A program made the translations under genes and the position numbers. This document shows, piece after piece, positions 8,981 to 18,638 of a stretch of 58,884 bases of DNA. Source of the DNA: an uncultured Armatimonadia bacterium (lineage in GTDB: Bacteria > Armatimonadota > Zipacnadia > Zipacnadales > FEN-943); the NCBI GenBank assembly GCA_964608495.1, contig CAZSOQ010000002.1:1-58884 (forward strand), read 5' to 3'. The notes below the pieces were generated by a model. The model made no database searches. It saw only the letters and a program-made list of their open reading frames with translations, and was not told the origin of the DNA. Every line of letters starts with the position of its first letter. Position 1 is the first letter of the stretch.

Positions 8981-10129
8981 ATGAACGATCGCGAGCGCTT
9001 CCTGGCGACGGCCGGATTCCAGCCGGTGGACCGCACCTTCCTGCTGCCGCCGTGGCTCTGGGCGAGCACCCTGACGCGCTGGCGGCAGGAGGGGCTGCCG
9101 GAGGGCGTGGACCTCGCCGAGAACTTCCGCACGGATCGCATGGCCGACGCGCCCGTGGCGATGCAGGGGCCCTACGGGCCGCACCTCGTCCCGCCCCTGG
9201 AGCGGCGCGTCCTCTGCGAGACCGCCGAGCATCAGGTGGTGCGCGACGAGGAAGGCAACACGGTGAGGGTCTTCCGCGACGACCCGGGCCGCAGCATGCC
9301 CGAGTGGATCGAGTACCCCGTGAGGGATCGGCACGACTGGGAGACCGTGGTCAAGCCGCGGCTGGACCCGTCGGCGCCGGGGCGCTTCCCGATGGGCAGG
9401 GAGCTCGAGGAGTACGCGCGGTCCGTCCAGGATCGCGACTACCCTCTGAGCATCCAGTGCGGCTCGCTGTACGGCTGGGCACGCAGCTTCCTGGGCGTCG
9501 AGCGCCTATCGGTGACCTTCCACGACGACCCGGGCCTGGTGCACGACATCTGCGCCCACATCACGGACTTCGTGCTCGAGGTCATCACGCCCTTCCTGCA
9601 GCGCATCCGCTTCGACTGGGCCTTCTACTGGGAGGACATGGGCACGAACACCGGCCCTCTGTGCTCGCCCGCAACCTACCGCACCTTCATGCTCCCGCAC
9701 CTCAAGCGTATCGCTGAGACCCTCCACTCCCACGGCGTCCACAACATCATCGTGGACAGCGACGGCAACAACGACGTCCTCATCCCTCTGTGGCTGGAGG
9801 TGGGCGTGACGGGCCTGCGGCCCTTCGAGGTGGCTGCGGGCTGCGATCCCGTCGCCACACGCAAGCGCTACGGCAAGAGCTTCATCATCCAGGGCGGGAT
9901 GGACAAGCGCGCACTCGCCAGGGGAGGCGAGCACATCGCCCGTGAGGTGCTCTCCAAGGTGCCGTGGTTGTGTCTGCAGGGGGGGTACTTCCCCCAGGTG
10001 GACCATCTCGTGCCGCCGGACGTGTCCCTGGAGAACTACACCTACTACTCGCGGTTGCTGCGCGAGGTTGTGGAAGACCCCGAGCGCCACCTGCACGAAG
10101 CGCGGGCCAGGGGCTTGTGGACGGGCTGA
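8981..10129 (+). CDS. Uroporphyrinogen decarboxylase (URO-D) family protein, non-heme context (MtaA/CmuA-like fold)
   Basis: 382 aa. AGGAGG lies upstream. The C-terminal half (WEDMGTNTGPLCSP..., DSDGNNDVLIPLWLEVGVTGLRPFE, IIQGGMDKRAL) fits the URO-D TIM-barrel family. Confidence 0.7.
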   Translation: MNDRERFLATAGFQPVDRTFLLPPWLWASTLTRWRQEGLPEGVDLAENFRTDRMADAPVAMQGPYGPHLVPPLERRVLCETAEHQVVRDEEGNTVRVFRDDPGRSMPEWIEYPVRDRHDWETVVKPRLDPSAPGRFPMGRELEEYARSVQDRDYPLSIQCGSLYGWARSFLGVERLSVTFHDDPGLVHDICAHITDFVLEVITPFLQRIRFDWAFYWEDMGTNTGPLCSPATYRTFMLPHLKRIAETLHSHGVHNIIVDSDGNNDVLIPLWLEVGVTGLRPFEVAAGCDPVATRKRYGKSFIIQGGMDKRALARGGEHIAREVLSKVPWLCLQGGYFPQVDHLVPPDVSLENYTYYSRLLREVVEDPERHLHEARARGLWTG

Positions 10130-10183
10130 GCCGGCCCCAGGCGCGCCAGGCTCGTATCATCGCTACCGGGGGAGGGAATCCTC

Positions 10184-12232
10184 ATGAGCCCTGCGGATAC
10201 CGAAAGAGCGGCGGCCCGCGAATGGGCCGCACGGTTTTCCCTGGAGGGAGCCACGCCGCCCTTCTCCTTCGTCTACGACTCGATACCGTCCGGGCAGCTC
10301 GTGCCGGGTTGGGCCTGTGATCGGGGCAGCCCGGTGGTGAGTGGGGATGTAGAGACCCAGACGGTTGCCTACACCGATCCCGTCACCGGGCTCGTGGTGC
10401 ATGCCGAGGTAAGCCTGTACCACGACCTGCCCGCCGTGGAGTGGGTGCTGTACCTCGAGAACACGGGCACTTCGGACACGCCCATCATCGAGAACATCCA
10501 GGCGCTGGATGCGAGGCTGCCGCTTCGCCCCGAAGAGCCGTGCACGATCCACCATGCCAAGGGGGCGCTGTGCTCGCAGGACGATTTCGCTCCGCTGGCG
10601 CGGGGACTGAGGCCGCGGGGCCGCCTTGATCTGCAGCCGGGAGGGGGAAGGTCTTCGAGCGAGGTGCTGCCCTTCTTCAACGTCGAGATGGGCGCTGAGG
10701 GCTTCGTGGTCGCCATCGGGTGGACGGGCGAGTGGGCAGCCGGCTTCACCCGCGCGGAGGACGGCAGCCTGCGGCTGCAGGCGGGCATGGAGCTGACGCA
10801 CCTGAAGCTGTACCCGGGGGAGCGGATCCGCACGCCGCGCCTTCTGATGCTCTTCTGGCAGGGAGACCGGATGCGCGGGCACAACCTGCTGCGGCGGCAC
10901 ATCCTCGCGCACCATCGGCCCCGGCCGGGAGGCGAGCCGCTGGTGGGGCCGCTGTGCAATGGGAACTGGGGCGGCACGGCGGCCGAGGTGCACCTGGACA
11001 ACGTGCGCAGGATCATCGAGCACGACCTGCCTTTCGAGTACTACTGGATAGACGCCGAGTGGTTCGGCGGGCCGGGGCACTGGATGGAGCACGCCGGGCA
11101 CTGGGAACCGCGACCGGAGCTGTATCCCGAGGGGTTCAAACCGATCAGCGACCTGCTGCACCGGTCCGGGCGCAAGCTGCTGCTGTGGTTCGAGCCGGAG
11201 CGCGTGGCTCCCGGGACGCCCTGGGCGCGGGACCACGAGGAGTGGCTGCTCGAGGTGGCGCCCGAGGACGCCGTCACCTGGGCGGACTACGGCGACCATC
11301 TGCCCACGTCCGAGTGGGTGAAGATGGAGAGCAAGCGCAACCAGCTCAACGCCGGCGACAGGCTGCTGAATCTGGGCAACCCCGACGCCCGGCGCTTCCT
11401 CACGGACTTCCTATCCGAGAAGATCACCGAGTTCGGCCTTGACTGTCTGCGGCAGGACTCGAACATCGCCCAACTGGCCTACTGGCGGCGGGCCGATGAG
11501 CCCGACAGGCAGGGCATCGCCGAGATCCGCTACGTCCAGGGCCAGTATGCCCTCTGGGACGAGCTGCTGGAGCGCCATCCCGGGCTTATCATTGACAATT
11601 GCGCCAGCGGCGGACGACGCATTGACCTAGAGTCCCTCGGCCGCACCACACCTCTGTGGCGCACGGACTACGCGGTCGGACACCGAGACCCAACGGCCTC
11701 CCAGTGCCACCTGTACGGCCTGCTGCTCTGGGTGCCCGTCAACGGAACCGGAAGCGGCTATGTCACCGACTGCGACGAGTATGCCTTCCGCAGCACCATG
11801 GGCCCGGCGCTGGCCGTCGGGCTGTGGGGGCAAGGCGACGCGAGCCAGGGCAGAATCCCAGAGGATTACCCCTTCGACAGGGCCCGCCGGCTGCTGCGGG
11901 AGTACCTGGACGTGCGCGAGTACTACTATGGCGACTACTATCCGCTGACCGAGTACTCGCGTGCCGAGGACGCGTGGATGGCCTACCAGCTTCACCGGCC
12001 GGATCTTCAGGACGGGGTCGTCGTGGTGCTCAAGAGGCCCTTGAGCGCGTACACACGGGCGGTCTTCCAGCTTCGCGGCCTAAGGCCCGACGGGCTCTAC
12101 GAGACCACGGACCTCGACACGGGCGCGGTCTCGGAGCTTGGCGGCGCGGAGCTCATGGGCTCCGGCCTGCCGGTGGAGCTGCCGGGGAAGCCGGACTCGG
12201 CGCTCTTGCGCTACAGGGCCAAGCGGGCCTAA
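10184..12232 (+). CDS. Glycoside hydrolase clan GH-D, GH36-like alpha-galactosidase
   Basis: 682 aa with no signal peptide. Motifs: LPFFNVEMG, YYWIDAEWF, FGLDCLRQDSN, IIDNCASGGRRIDLES (compare the GH36 KWD and CxGGGGR boxes). Confidence 0.7.
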   Translation: MSPADTERAAAREWAARFSLEGATPPFSFVYDSIPSGQLVPGWACDRGSPVVSGDVETQTVAYTDPVTGLVVHAEVSLYHDLPAVEWVLYLENTGTSDTPIIENIQALDARLPLRPEEPCTIHHAKGALCSQDDFAPLARGLRPRGRLDLQPGGGRSSSEVLPFFNVEMGAEGFVVAIGWTGEWAAGFTRAEDGSLRLQAGMELTHLKLYPGERIRTPRLLMLFWQGDRMRGHNLLRRHILAHHRPRPGGEPLVGPLCNGNWGGTAAEVHLDNVRRIIEHDLPFEYYWIDAEWFGGPGHWMEHAGHWEPRPELYPEGFKPISDLLHRSGRKLLLWFEPERVAPGTPWARDHEEWLLEVAPEDAVTWADYGDHLPTSEWVKMESKRNQLNAGDRLLNLGNPDARRFLTDFLSEKITEFGLDCLRQDSNIAQLAYWRRADEPDRQGIAEIRYVQGQYALWDELLERHPGLIIDNCASGGRRIDLESLGRTTPLWRTDYAVGHRDPTASQCHLYGLLLWVPVNGTGSGYVTDCDEYAFRSTMGPALAVGLWGQGDASQGRIPEDYPFDRARRLLREYLDVREYYYGDYYPLTEYSRAEDAWMAYQLHRPDLQDGVVVVLKRPLSAYTRAVFQLRGLRPDGLYETTDLDTGAVSELGGAELMGSGLPVELPGKPDSALLRYRAKRA

Positions 12233-12247
12233 GCCGCGCCGCGCCGC

Positions 12248-12288
12248 GGGGGCAGGGCCGCTTCGCGATTCCCCTCGGCCCTGGCCCC
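12248..12288. terminator. Hairpin in a 55-nt convergent spacer (candidate bidirectional terminator)
   Basis: ggggcagggccg-N15-cggccctggcccc forms a 12-bp stem with one bulge, followed by a T-rich tatctcttct on the plus strand. Confidence 0.35.
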
Positions 12289-15200
12289 TATCTCTTCTGC
12301 ACCACACACCCCACCGCCTTCGGCCCCAGGTCCAGCGCAAGCAGCGCGAAGCCGTCCTCGACCGTCGGGGCGATCGGCTGGCCCTCCCACGCGTCCTCGT
12401 AGGTAGCGCCGGGCACGTGGCGGACCCGCAGGCAGGGGGCGTGGACGCTGCGCCCGTTGGCGTTATAGACGGTCCACACGGTCTCGGTGTCCGCGATGAA
12501 GGCGTTGGCGAAGACGCCCGCCAGCTCTGTCCTGACCAGCGGCTCGACCCTGGGCGAGGAGAAGGCGTCGCGATGGGCGCAGAGCACCTCGATGGCCCGT
12601 CGCTGGAAGGCCAGCGAAGCGGCATCATACCCCGGCAGGTTGGGCTGGCCAATGTCGTAGCTCTCGCCGTTGAAGAAGGGGAACTTGAGCAGCCACCAGT
12701 TGCCCGCGCGCGGGGCGACGTAGTAGATGATGTGGAACTGCTTGAAGCCCGGGAAGGCGAAGCGCGGCAGGTCAAGGAAACACGGCGCCAGCGGCTCCTG
12801 GTCCGCGCTCCACAGGGCCTGGTAGGTGAAGGAGCCGTCGAGGTACTGCCGGCTCACCTCCGCGGGCGGGTACTCGCTGTACAGCGCGACCTCGGGCCCC
12901 ACGGCCTCGCGGAGGGCCTTCAGCACCTCGACCTCGCCCGCGTAGGGGATCTCATAGCCGTTATGCCCGTGATCCCTGGCGCAACACAGCCAGCGCCCGT
13001 CGGTCGCGCCGTACTCGTCCACGTACATTCCCTTCACGCCGGTCTCGCGCACGACGCGGGCGTAGGTCTGGGCAAGGTGCTGACGCCAGCCTTGCATGTA
13101 GGGACACTGGTTGTAGGCGTCATAGTCCTCGACGTAGTTCAGGCTGCCATCGGGGCGCTTCATCGCCCATTCCCTCGCCTGGGCGCCCACGGACTGGCCC
13201 TTGACGGAGCTGAGGTACGCGTCCTGATATAGCCCCACCGCCACGCCCGACGCCTGGGCTTCCGCGATGTTGCCACGAAAGTAGTCGAGGCCCGCCACGG
13301 TCTCGTCGTAGTGGTCGTAGTCGCCCCAGTCGCCATAGGTCTTCGAGCCCGACCAGCCGAACAGATGCACGTAGTCACAGAAGCCGAGGTACTTCCTGCA
13401 ATCGTCAATCGCCGGCTGTATCGCCCCGCGCAGCTTCGGGTCGGTGAAGGCGTCGTAGTGCGCGTTGCGGGTGATGAAGGCGAAGGTGCGCTCCCACCAG
13501 GGCTTGGCGACAGGCGGCTCGAACCAGGTCTCCAGCCACTGGCGGTAGGCATCGAAGATCGCCCGCCAATCCCCCTCGCACAGGACAAGCTCGGCCTCGG
13601 TCGCGGTGAAGACCGCGCCCGGCGCGAGGTCGCGCTCGACGTACTCGGGCGACCACTCACCGCCTTCGGCAGTCTTGGCGAGGCGGAGGAAGTGGTGCTG
13701 GGCCGCCGTGTCATGGGTGAGACACGCGAGCGCGATGCCCGTCCCGGGGTTGAAGAAGCCGTCCATCTGGAGCGGGTGACGTTCGCCCAGGGGCTCGCGG
13801 AAGCTGACGGGCACATGGTTGATGATGCCGCCACGCTTACAGAACAGGTACCACGTTTCGGCCGCGCTGCCGAGGCGGACCCCGCGCAGAAGGGGGAACC
13901 GAAGGGTCGCGGTGACAGGCTCCGTGCCCTCGTTGGCCAGGCTCAAGCGTAGGGACGCAGCGTTGGGTGCGCCGGGAAGGCAGTCGAGGGTGGCACGCAG
14001 ATTGGTGGCGGGATGGCGCAACACGAACCGGAAGCCCCCGTCGAGGGGCGAGAACTCGGCGAGCTGCCAGGCGTCCATGGGGAGTGTCTCGCCGCCGACG
14101 GCGACCTCGAACACCGGCCCGCGTTCACAGGCGAGGGCTTCCTCGGAGGCTCCCGCGCGCAGTGCCCACCAGCCGAGGGACGGCTGAAGGATGAACTGCA
14201 GCCCGAGTGCCCCCGAGCGCATCACCCGGAAGCCCGGCATGCTGCCCCCCACCTCCCCGAGGCGGGCCAGTGCCCCGGCTGGAGGCGGTGGGTAGGCCAG
14301 AGACGCCCAGTCTGGCTCAGCGACCCGTGGCTCGTCCGTCCGCACCGTCGCCCCGAGCACCGCGAAGCTGGCGGTCTGCATGCGGTCGTGCAGAAGCAGT
14401 GTGGTGGGCCGTCGAGTCGTGTCCGGGTGCACGACGCACACTCCCAGACCGCGCCTCATGCCCCACTGCCCGGTCGCCAGGTCGAGCGGCAGCAAGAAGT
14501 CGGGCGGGCCGTCGTCGGCGTAGCGGACCTCGAAGACGACCTTCTCCGGCTCGGACAGCATCTCGACCGGGCGTGGGTGCGCCCAGTCTATGCCCCACGG
14601 CTCGGTCGCCGGAGCCGCCGCGGCCGTGAGCAGGTACACCTCCTTCGCGTCCGCCGGGAGCGAGACCTCGAGCGCCCCGAGCGCCGCCGTGCCGGTCTGG
14701 TGCGCCCTGTCGGGGCTCTCGGGCACCAGGAAGGGCAAGCCGGCCACCGTGATGCCGGCCGTGGCGAACCAGCCCGACAGTGCCAGGCGCTGCGCGAGGA
14801 AGGGCGACGGCTTGCCGCCACGCAGGAGCGGCGGTAGTACGGTCAGTCCCTCGCGGCCCTCGGGCCAGGCCTCGGCGCGCGGCTCGTAAGGGAGAACCTG
14901 AGCGAGAGGCCAGGTCGGGGGCAGGGAGCTGAAGGTGATCGTGTCCAGCGTCATCCTCGCCTCATCCCCCGCGCTGTCCAGTCCCACCGCAAGCTGCGTG
15001 GCGCTGAAGCGATCCTTCAGTTGGATGCTCACGTTGTGCCACTGACCGTCGGCCCTCAGGTCCCTGGCGAACAAGGGGATGGAGGCGTGCCCGCCCGCGC
15101 CCGAGGCCTGGTCGCCAAGCCATATCGCGTAGGTCGTGAGTCCGAGCTGCCCCGATGCCCTGTACCGCAACGAGAAGTACGGGAACTGCCCGAGGTCCAC

Positions 15201-15920
15201 GGGCTCGGGCAAGGTGAGAGGCCACCGCATCTGCCGGGCCGCGCCTCTGACAGTGAAGGTAACGGCCGACTCCTCGCTCACGGCGCCGAAGTCGGTGGCG
15301 GGGTTGGTAGTCCACCCGGGGGCCGCTTTGAGCTCGCCGACCTGGCGCCAGTCAAGCACGATGGACTTGCCCTCGCGCACCGCGGCCCTCGCCATCGTCG
15401 CGCCCTCGGGCGCCTCGTCGGCGAACCACATCCTCTCGACCCTCAGTCGCGCCGTGCCCGTGGCCCCGACGATCACCTTCACCCCGATCTGCGTCGTGTC
15501 GCCCTGGGGCCGCAGCTTCATCAGGTCCACCACGAGGGTATGCCAGGCGCCGTCCGGCTCCACCTCGTCGCTGGTGGCGTAGGTCAGTCCGCCCGGCGTG
15601 CCCTCCCAGCCATGGAGGAAGTAGTTGCCTCTCTGGTTGGAGAGCCCCTCGGCGCGGTAGCGGACGGCGAGGTAGCGCGCATCGGCGGCAATCTCTTCAT
15701 CCTTCAGCGTGATCCGCCACGGAATCTCGCTCCCTGCTCCCTCGGCCGCGAAGACGAGCGCGCCGCCCTCGTTCGCAACGCCGTAGGTGCGCGGGACGCT
15801 GCTGACCCAGCCAGAACGGGCCTCCCAGCGTGCCGCCGACGTTCCATCGAAGACCGTCTGCGCGTCAGCGGGCCTCGGCCACGCCACGAGAAGGCCCAGC
15901 ACCGCAGCCGCCAGCCTCAT
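12288..15920 (-). CDS. Secreted 1210-aa protein: two N-terminal CBM-like modules plus a glycoside-hydrolase-like (TIM-barrel-like) C-terminal region, family unassigned
   Basis: Signal peptide MRLAAAVLGLLVAWPRPADAQ with GGGAGG upstream. Modules carry the ...RYR...ADGxWH... signature. The C-terminal part contains GMYVDEYGATDG and DHGHNGYE, which is GH-like. Confidence 0.6.
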   Translation of the reverse strand: MRLAAAVLGLLVAWPRPADAQTVFDGTSAARWEARSGWVSSVPRTYGVANEGGALVFAAEGAGSEIPWRITLKDEEIAADARYLAVRYRAEGLSNQRGNYFLHGWEGTPGGLTYATSDEVEPDGAWHTLVVDLMKLRPQGDTTQIGVKVIVGATGTARLRVERMWFADEAPEGATMARAAVREGKSIVLDWRQVGELKAAPGWTTNPATDFGAVSEESAVTFTVRGAARQMRWPLTLPEPVDLGQFPYFSLRYRASGQLGLTTYAIWLGDQASGAGGHASIPLFARDLRADGQWHNVSIQLKDRFSATQLAVGLDSAGDEARMTLDTITFSSLPPTWPLAQVLPYEPRAEAWPEGREGLTVLPPLLRGGKPSPFLAQRLALSGWFATAGITVAGLPFLVPESPDRAHQTGTAALGALEVSLPADAKEVYLLTAAAAPATEPWGIDWAHPRPVEMLSEPEKVVFEVRYADDGPPDFLLPLDLATGQWGMRRGLGVCVVHPDTTRRPTTLLLHDRMQTASFAVLGATVRTDEPRVAEPDWASLAYPPPPAGALARLGEVGGSMPGFRVMRSGALGLQFILQPSLGWWALRAGASEEALACERGPVFEVAVGGETLPMDAWQLAEFSPLDGGFRFVLRHPATNLRATLDCLPGAPNAASLRLSLANEGTEPVTATLRFPLLRGVRLGSAAETWYLFCKRGGIINHVPVSFREPLGERHPLQMDGFFNPGTGIALACLTHDTAAQHHFLRLAKTAEGGEWSPEYVERDLAPGAVFTATEAELVLCEGDWRAIFDAYRQWLETWFEPPVAKPWWERTFAFITRNAHYDAFTDPKLRGAIQPAIDDCRKYLGFCDYVHLFGWSGSKTYGDWGDYDHYDETVAGLDYFRGNIAEAQASGVAVGLYQDAYLSSVKGQSVGAQAREWAMKRPDGSLNYVEDYDAYNQCPYMQGWRQHLAQTYARVVRETGVKGMYVDEYGATDGRWLCCARDHGHNGYEIPYAGEVEVLKALREAVGPEVALYSEYPPAEVSRQYLDGSFTYQALWSADQEPLAPCFLDLPRFAFPGFKQFHIIYYVAPRAGNWWLLKFPFFNGESYDIGQPNLPGYDAASLAFQRRAIEVLCAHRDAFSSPRVEPLVRTELAGVFANAFIADTETVWTVYNANGRSVHAPCLRVRHVPGATYEDAWEGQPIAPTVEDGFALLALDLGPKAVGCVVQKR

Positions 15921-16155
15921 GTCTCAGGCCTCCCTGGGGCAGCCAGTGTGCCTACGACTGCCGTCGGTGTGGATCGGGTTTCCCTCTGGGTCCATCGCGG
16001 ACCTCTGGGGCGTCGCGCGTTGGGGTGCGGTCGCCCGGCGCATCGTCTGCGTGGGCGAAGGCGGCAGGCCCGGCGGGCCCGGAGGCGGCCGCTTCGGGCG
16101 GCGGCCCGAGGCGCGGCGGCCGAGGCGCGGCGGCCGAAGCCGGGGCGGGCGCTGA

Positions 16156-16185
16156 TTGACAGTGGCGAATCCCGGCCCATATAAT
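16156..16185 (+). promoter_or_regulatory. Consensus sigma70-type promoter (TTGACA-N18-TATAAT)
   Basis: TTGACA at 16156-16161 and TATAAT at 16180-16185, 35 nt upstream of the GTG at 16220. Confidence 0.6.
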
Positions 16186-16219
16186 CGGTCGAGACGTTGC
16201 AGAAGGGAGGTGGGACTGG

Positions 16220-16744
16220 GTGGTTGACGACTTCGACGTAGAGCTCGAGGAAGCAGCGCAGCAGGCCCGAGGTGGTGCGTCCGCGCCAAAGCCGGCCCCT
16301 TCGACGGGTGCGCGGCCGGCGTCCGCGCCCGGCTCGGGCACGCCGGCCAAGCCCGCCAGCCCGCCCGCGGAGGCGCCCGGCGAGCCCGAGGCGGCAGCCA
16401 AGCCGGCAGCGGACCAGGCCGAAGGGGAGCGCACCGGTCCCGCCAGGGCGATGTCGGCCCGCAAGCCCGGCCTGATCGGGCGGTGGGTCGAGGCGATCTC
16501 CCAGTCGCTGAGCGGCTTGAGGCTGCCGCGCATTGACCTGGCGACGGTGGCCTATGGCCTGGTGGGGCTGATCGTCTTCGTGCTGCTGGCGCAGAACTGG
16601 GCACCGGTCCGCGTGAACGTCTTTGGCGTGTACATAGACATCCCGAAGGCCGTGGCCTTCATCCTCAGTGTGGGCATCGGGATGCTGACGCTGTGGTTGA
16701 TGCAGCGGTCGCTGGGTGAGCGCCAGGGAGCTGGACGACGGTGA
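16220..16744 (+). CDS. LapA-domain (DUF1049-like) membrane protein with Pro/Ala-rich N-terminal region
   Basis: GTG start 7 nt after AAGGGAGGTG. The C-terminus LLAQNWAPVRVNVFGVYIDIPKAVAFILSVGIGMLTLWL matches the two-helix LapA_dom pattern. Confidence 0.6.
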   Translation: MVDDFDVELEEAAQQARGGASAPKPAPSTGARPASAPGSGTPAKPASPPAEAPGEPEAAAKPAADQAEGERTGPARAMSARKPGLIGRWVEAISQSLSGLRLPRIDLATVAYGLVGLIVFVLLAQNWAPVRVNVFGVYIDIPKAVAFILSVGIGMLTLWLMQRSLGERQGAGRR

Positions 16745-17391
16745 GGCACGGGGGCCTGGTAGCACTGGCGGCCACGGTGCCGCTGCTGCTCTTGCACCAG
16801 ACCGAGGACCTGCGGATGCTCACCCGCATCGAGCGGGACGGCTCGGGCCTGAAGCTGGTCTGGGCGCGCGCGGACCCCTCGCGGGCGCGCGAGGTGCGGA
16901 CGCGGCTGCGGGAAGCGACGCCGGGGTACGAGGACGAGCGGCACGCCAGCGAGGGCAGCGCCTATGTGATCAGCCGCTCGTGGCGGCCGACGACCCTGCG
17001 GGATATGCCGGACACGAAGCTGGAGACGGTGGACCTGCCCCAGCGCCTGGTGTCGCTCTACAACGAGTACTCGTGGGAGGAGAAGGTGACGATCCACATC
17101 GGGCCGGCGACGAGCAGCGAGAAGGCCGGGGCGGCGCAGGCCACGATGCTGTACATACTGCAGACGCCCGGGCGAGTGGACGAGGCGTCGGTGATGCCCC
17201 TGGGGCAGGTGACCGGGGACACGGTGGTGTGGCGGCTGACGGGGGACAAGGAGGAGTACACGCTGCAGGCTCGGTCGAGGATGCTGCGGTGGGACATGCT
17301 GCTGCTGTTGGTGTACGTCGCGGCGGCCTTCGCCGCGATGACGGCCCAGTGGGCGGTCAGGCGGGCGAGAACCAGGCCGAGACGGATCTAG
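16741..17391 (+). CDS. Hypothetical protein with N-terminal signal/anchor and C-terminal TM helix
   Basis: GTGA overlap with the upstream gene. 216 aa. The C-terminal hydrophobic stretch is WDMLLLLVYVAAAFAAMTAQW. No family recognised. Confidence 0.45.
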   Translation: MRHGGLVALAATVPLLLLHQTEDLRMLTRIERDGSGLKLVWARADPSRAREVRTRLREATPGYEDERHASEGSAYVISRSWRPTTLRDMPDTKLETVDLPQRLVSLYNEYSWEEKVTIHIGPATSSEKAGAAQATMLYILQTPGRVDEASVMPLGQVTGDTVVWRLTGDKEEYTLQARSRMLRWDMLLLLVYVAAAFAAMTAQWAVRRARTRPRRI

Positions 17392-17600
17392 GGCGGACGA
17401 CGGGGATTCAGCAGGCGAAAGGAGTTCCTGCCACTTGACGGGATGGCGGCGCCCCAAGGCCGCAATGGCAGCGATGGGCTCAGGACGTCGCTAGTGGTCT
17501 GCCCGGACCCCACCCCCCAGGCGCGACGAGAGACGGCCGCTCGATTCCCACATGCAGGACAGCGCCAAGCTGCCCGAGGCTGGGGGCAGGAGTGAGAGCC

Positions 17601-18635
17601 ATGATTGACTTGCGCAGTGACACGAAGAGCCTGGCCACACCGGAGATGCTGCGGGCGATGGCGGAGGCGAGGGTGGGAGATGACGCCAGCGGCGAGGACC
17701 CGACAGTGAACCGGCTGCAGCAGCGGGCGGCGGAGATGACGGGCAAGGCGGCGGCGCTGTTCGTGACGTCTGGGACGCAGGGGAATCTGGTGAGCCTCCT
17801 GTCGCTGACGGAGCCGGGGCAGGAGATGGTGGCGGACGAGCTGGCTCACCTGCTGCACTACGAAGGCGGGGGCTGCGTGAGGATAGCGGGGCTGATGCCG
17901 CGGCTCGTGCCGAACCGCGGGGGCATTGCGGACCCGGAGGACGTGGCAGCCGCGCTGAGTGTCGGGACCGTGACGCGAGGAGCGACGGGCGTGGTGGTGC
18001 TGGAGAACACGCACAACCTGGCGGGAGGCTTGGCGGTGGAGCCCGAGCGGATGCAGGCGGTCGCGGAGGTGGCCTGGCAAGCGGGCGCGGCGGTGCACCT
18101 GGACGGGGCGAGGATCTTCAACGCCGCCGTGGCGCTGGGGCGGCCGGTGACGGAGTTCACGCAGTGGTGCGACAGCGTGACCTTCTGCTTCTCGAAGAGC
18201 CTGGGGGCGCCGGCGGGGTCGGTTGTGTGCGGGAGCCGGGAGTTCGTGGAGAAGGCGAAGGTCTACCGCAGACTGCTGGGCGGGGCGATGCGGCAGGCGG
18301 GGCACCTGGCGGCGGCGGCCACGGTGGGCCTCGAGACGATGGTGCATCGGCTGGTCGTGGACCACAGGAACGCGCGACGGATGGCGGAGACGCTGGCGGG
18401 CCTGCCCGGCGTCAAGCTAGACCTGGCGCAGGTGCAGACCAACATGATGTACTTCGTCCTGGAGCGCGAGGACATGACGCCGGAGGAATTCTGTGCGGCG
18501 ATGGCGGAGCGGGGAGTCCTGGTGTCGCTCCCGCTGGGCGCGGTGGGCAAGTTCAGGCTCGTGACGCACCACAACGTGAGCGAGGACCAGACCGCGGCGG
18601 TGTGCTCGGCACTGGCGGACGTACTGGGGGAATAG
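17601..18635 (+). CDS. ltaE: Low-specificity L-threonine aldolase
   Basis: MIDLRSDT...VGDDASGEDPTVNRLQQRAAEMTGKAAALFVTSGTQGNL... with the PLP-lysine context FCFSKSLGAPAGS. The ATG at 17601 lies 8 nt after AGGAG (the ORF track begins at the GTG at 17592). Confidence 0.85.
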   Translation: MIDLRSDTKSLATPEMLRAMAEARVGDDASGEDPTVNRLQQRAAEMTGKAAALFVTSGTQGNLVSLLSLTEPGQEMVADELAHLLHYEGGGCVRIAGLMPRLVPNRGGIADPEDVAAALSVGTVTRGATGVVVLENTHNLAGGLAVEPERMQAVAEVAWQAGAAVHLDGARIFNAAVALGRPVTEFTQWCDSVTFCFSKSLGAPAGSVVCGSREFVEKAKVYRRLLGGAMRQAGHLAAAATVGLETMVHRLVVDHRNARRMAETLAGLPGVKLDLAQVQTNMMYFVLEREDMTPEEFCAAMAERGVLVSLPLGAVGKFRLVTHHNVSEDQTAAVCSALADVLGE

Positions 18636-18638
18636 ACC

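Noticed and set aside
16097-16143. Three tandem ~14-bp GC-rich repeats (cggcggcc(c)gaggcg ...) in the divergent promoter region. Considered as a mini-CRISPR or iteron array.
   Set aside because: There are no spacers, the units are too short and are simple GC-rich low-complexity sequence, and no cas or replication genes are nearby. Most likely slippage-type simple sequence.
17392-17600. 200-nt leader upstream of ltaE, inspected for a glycine or other riboswitch.
   Set aside because: I could not find the conserved glycine-riboswitch core or any other riboswitch signature I know. Only a weak TTGACG hexamer without a matching -10 is present.
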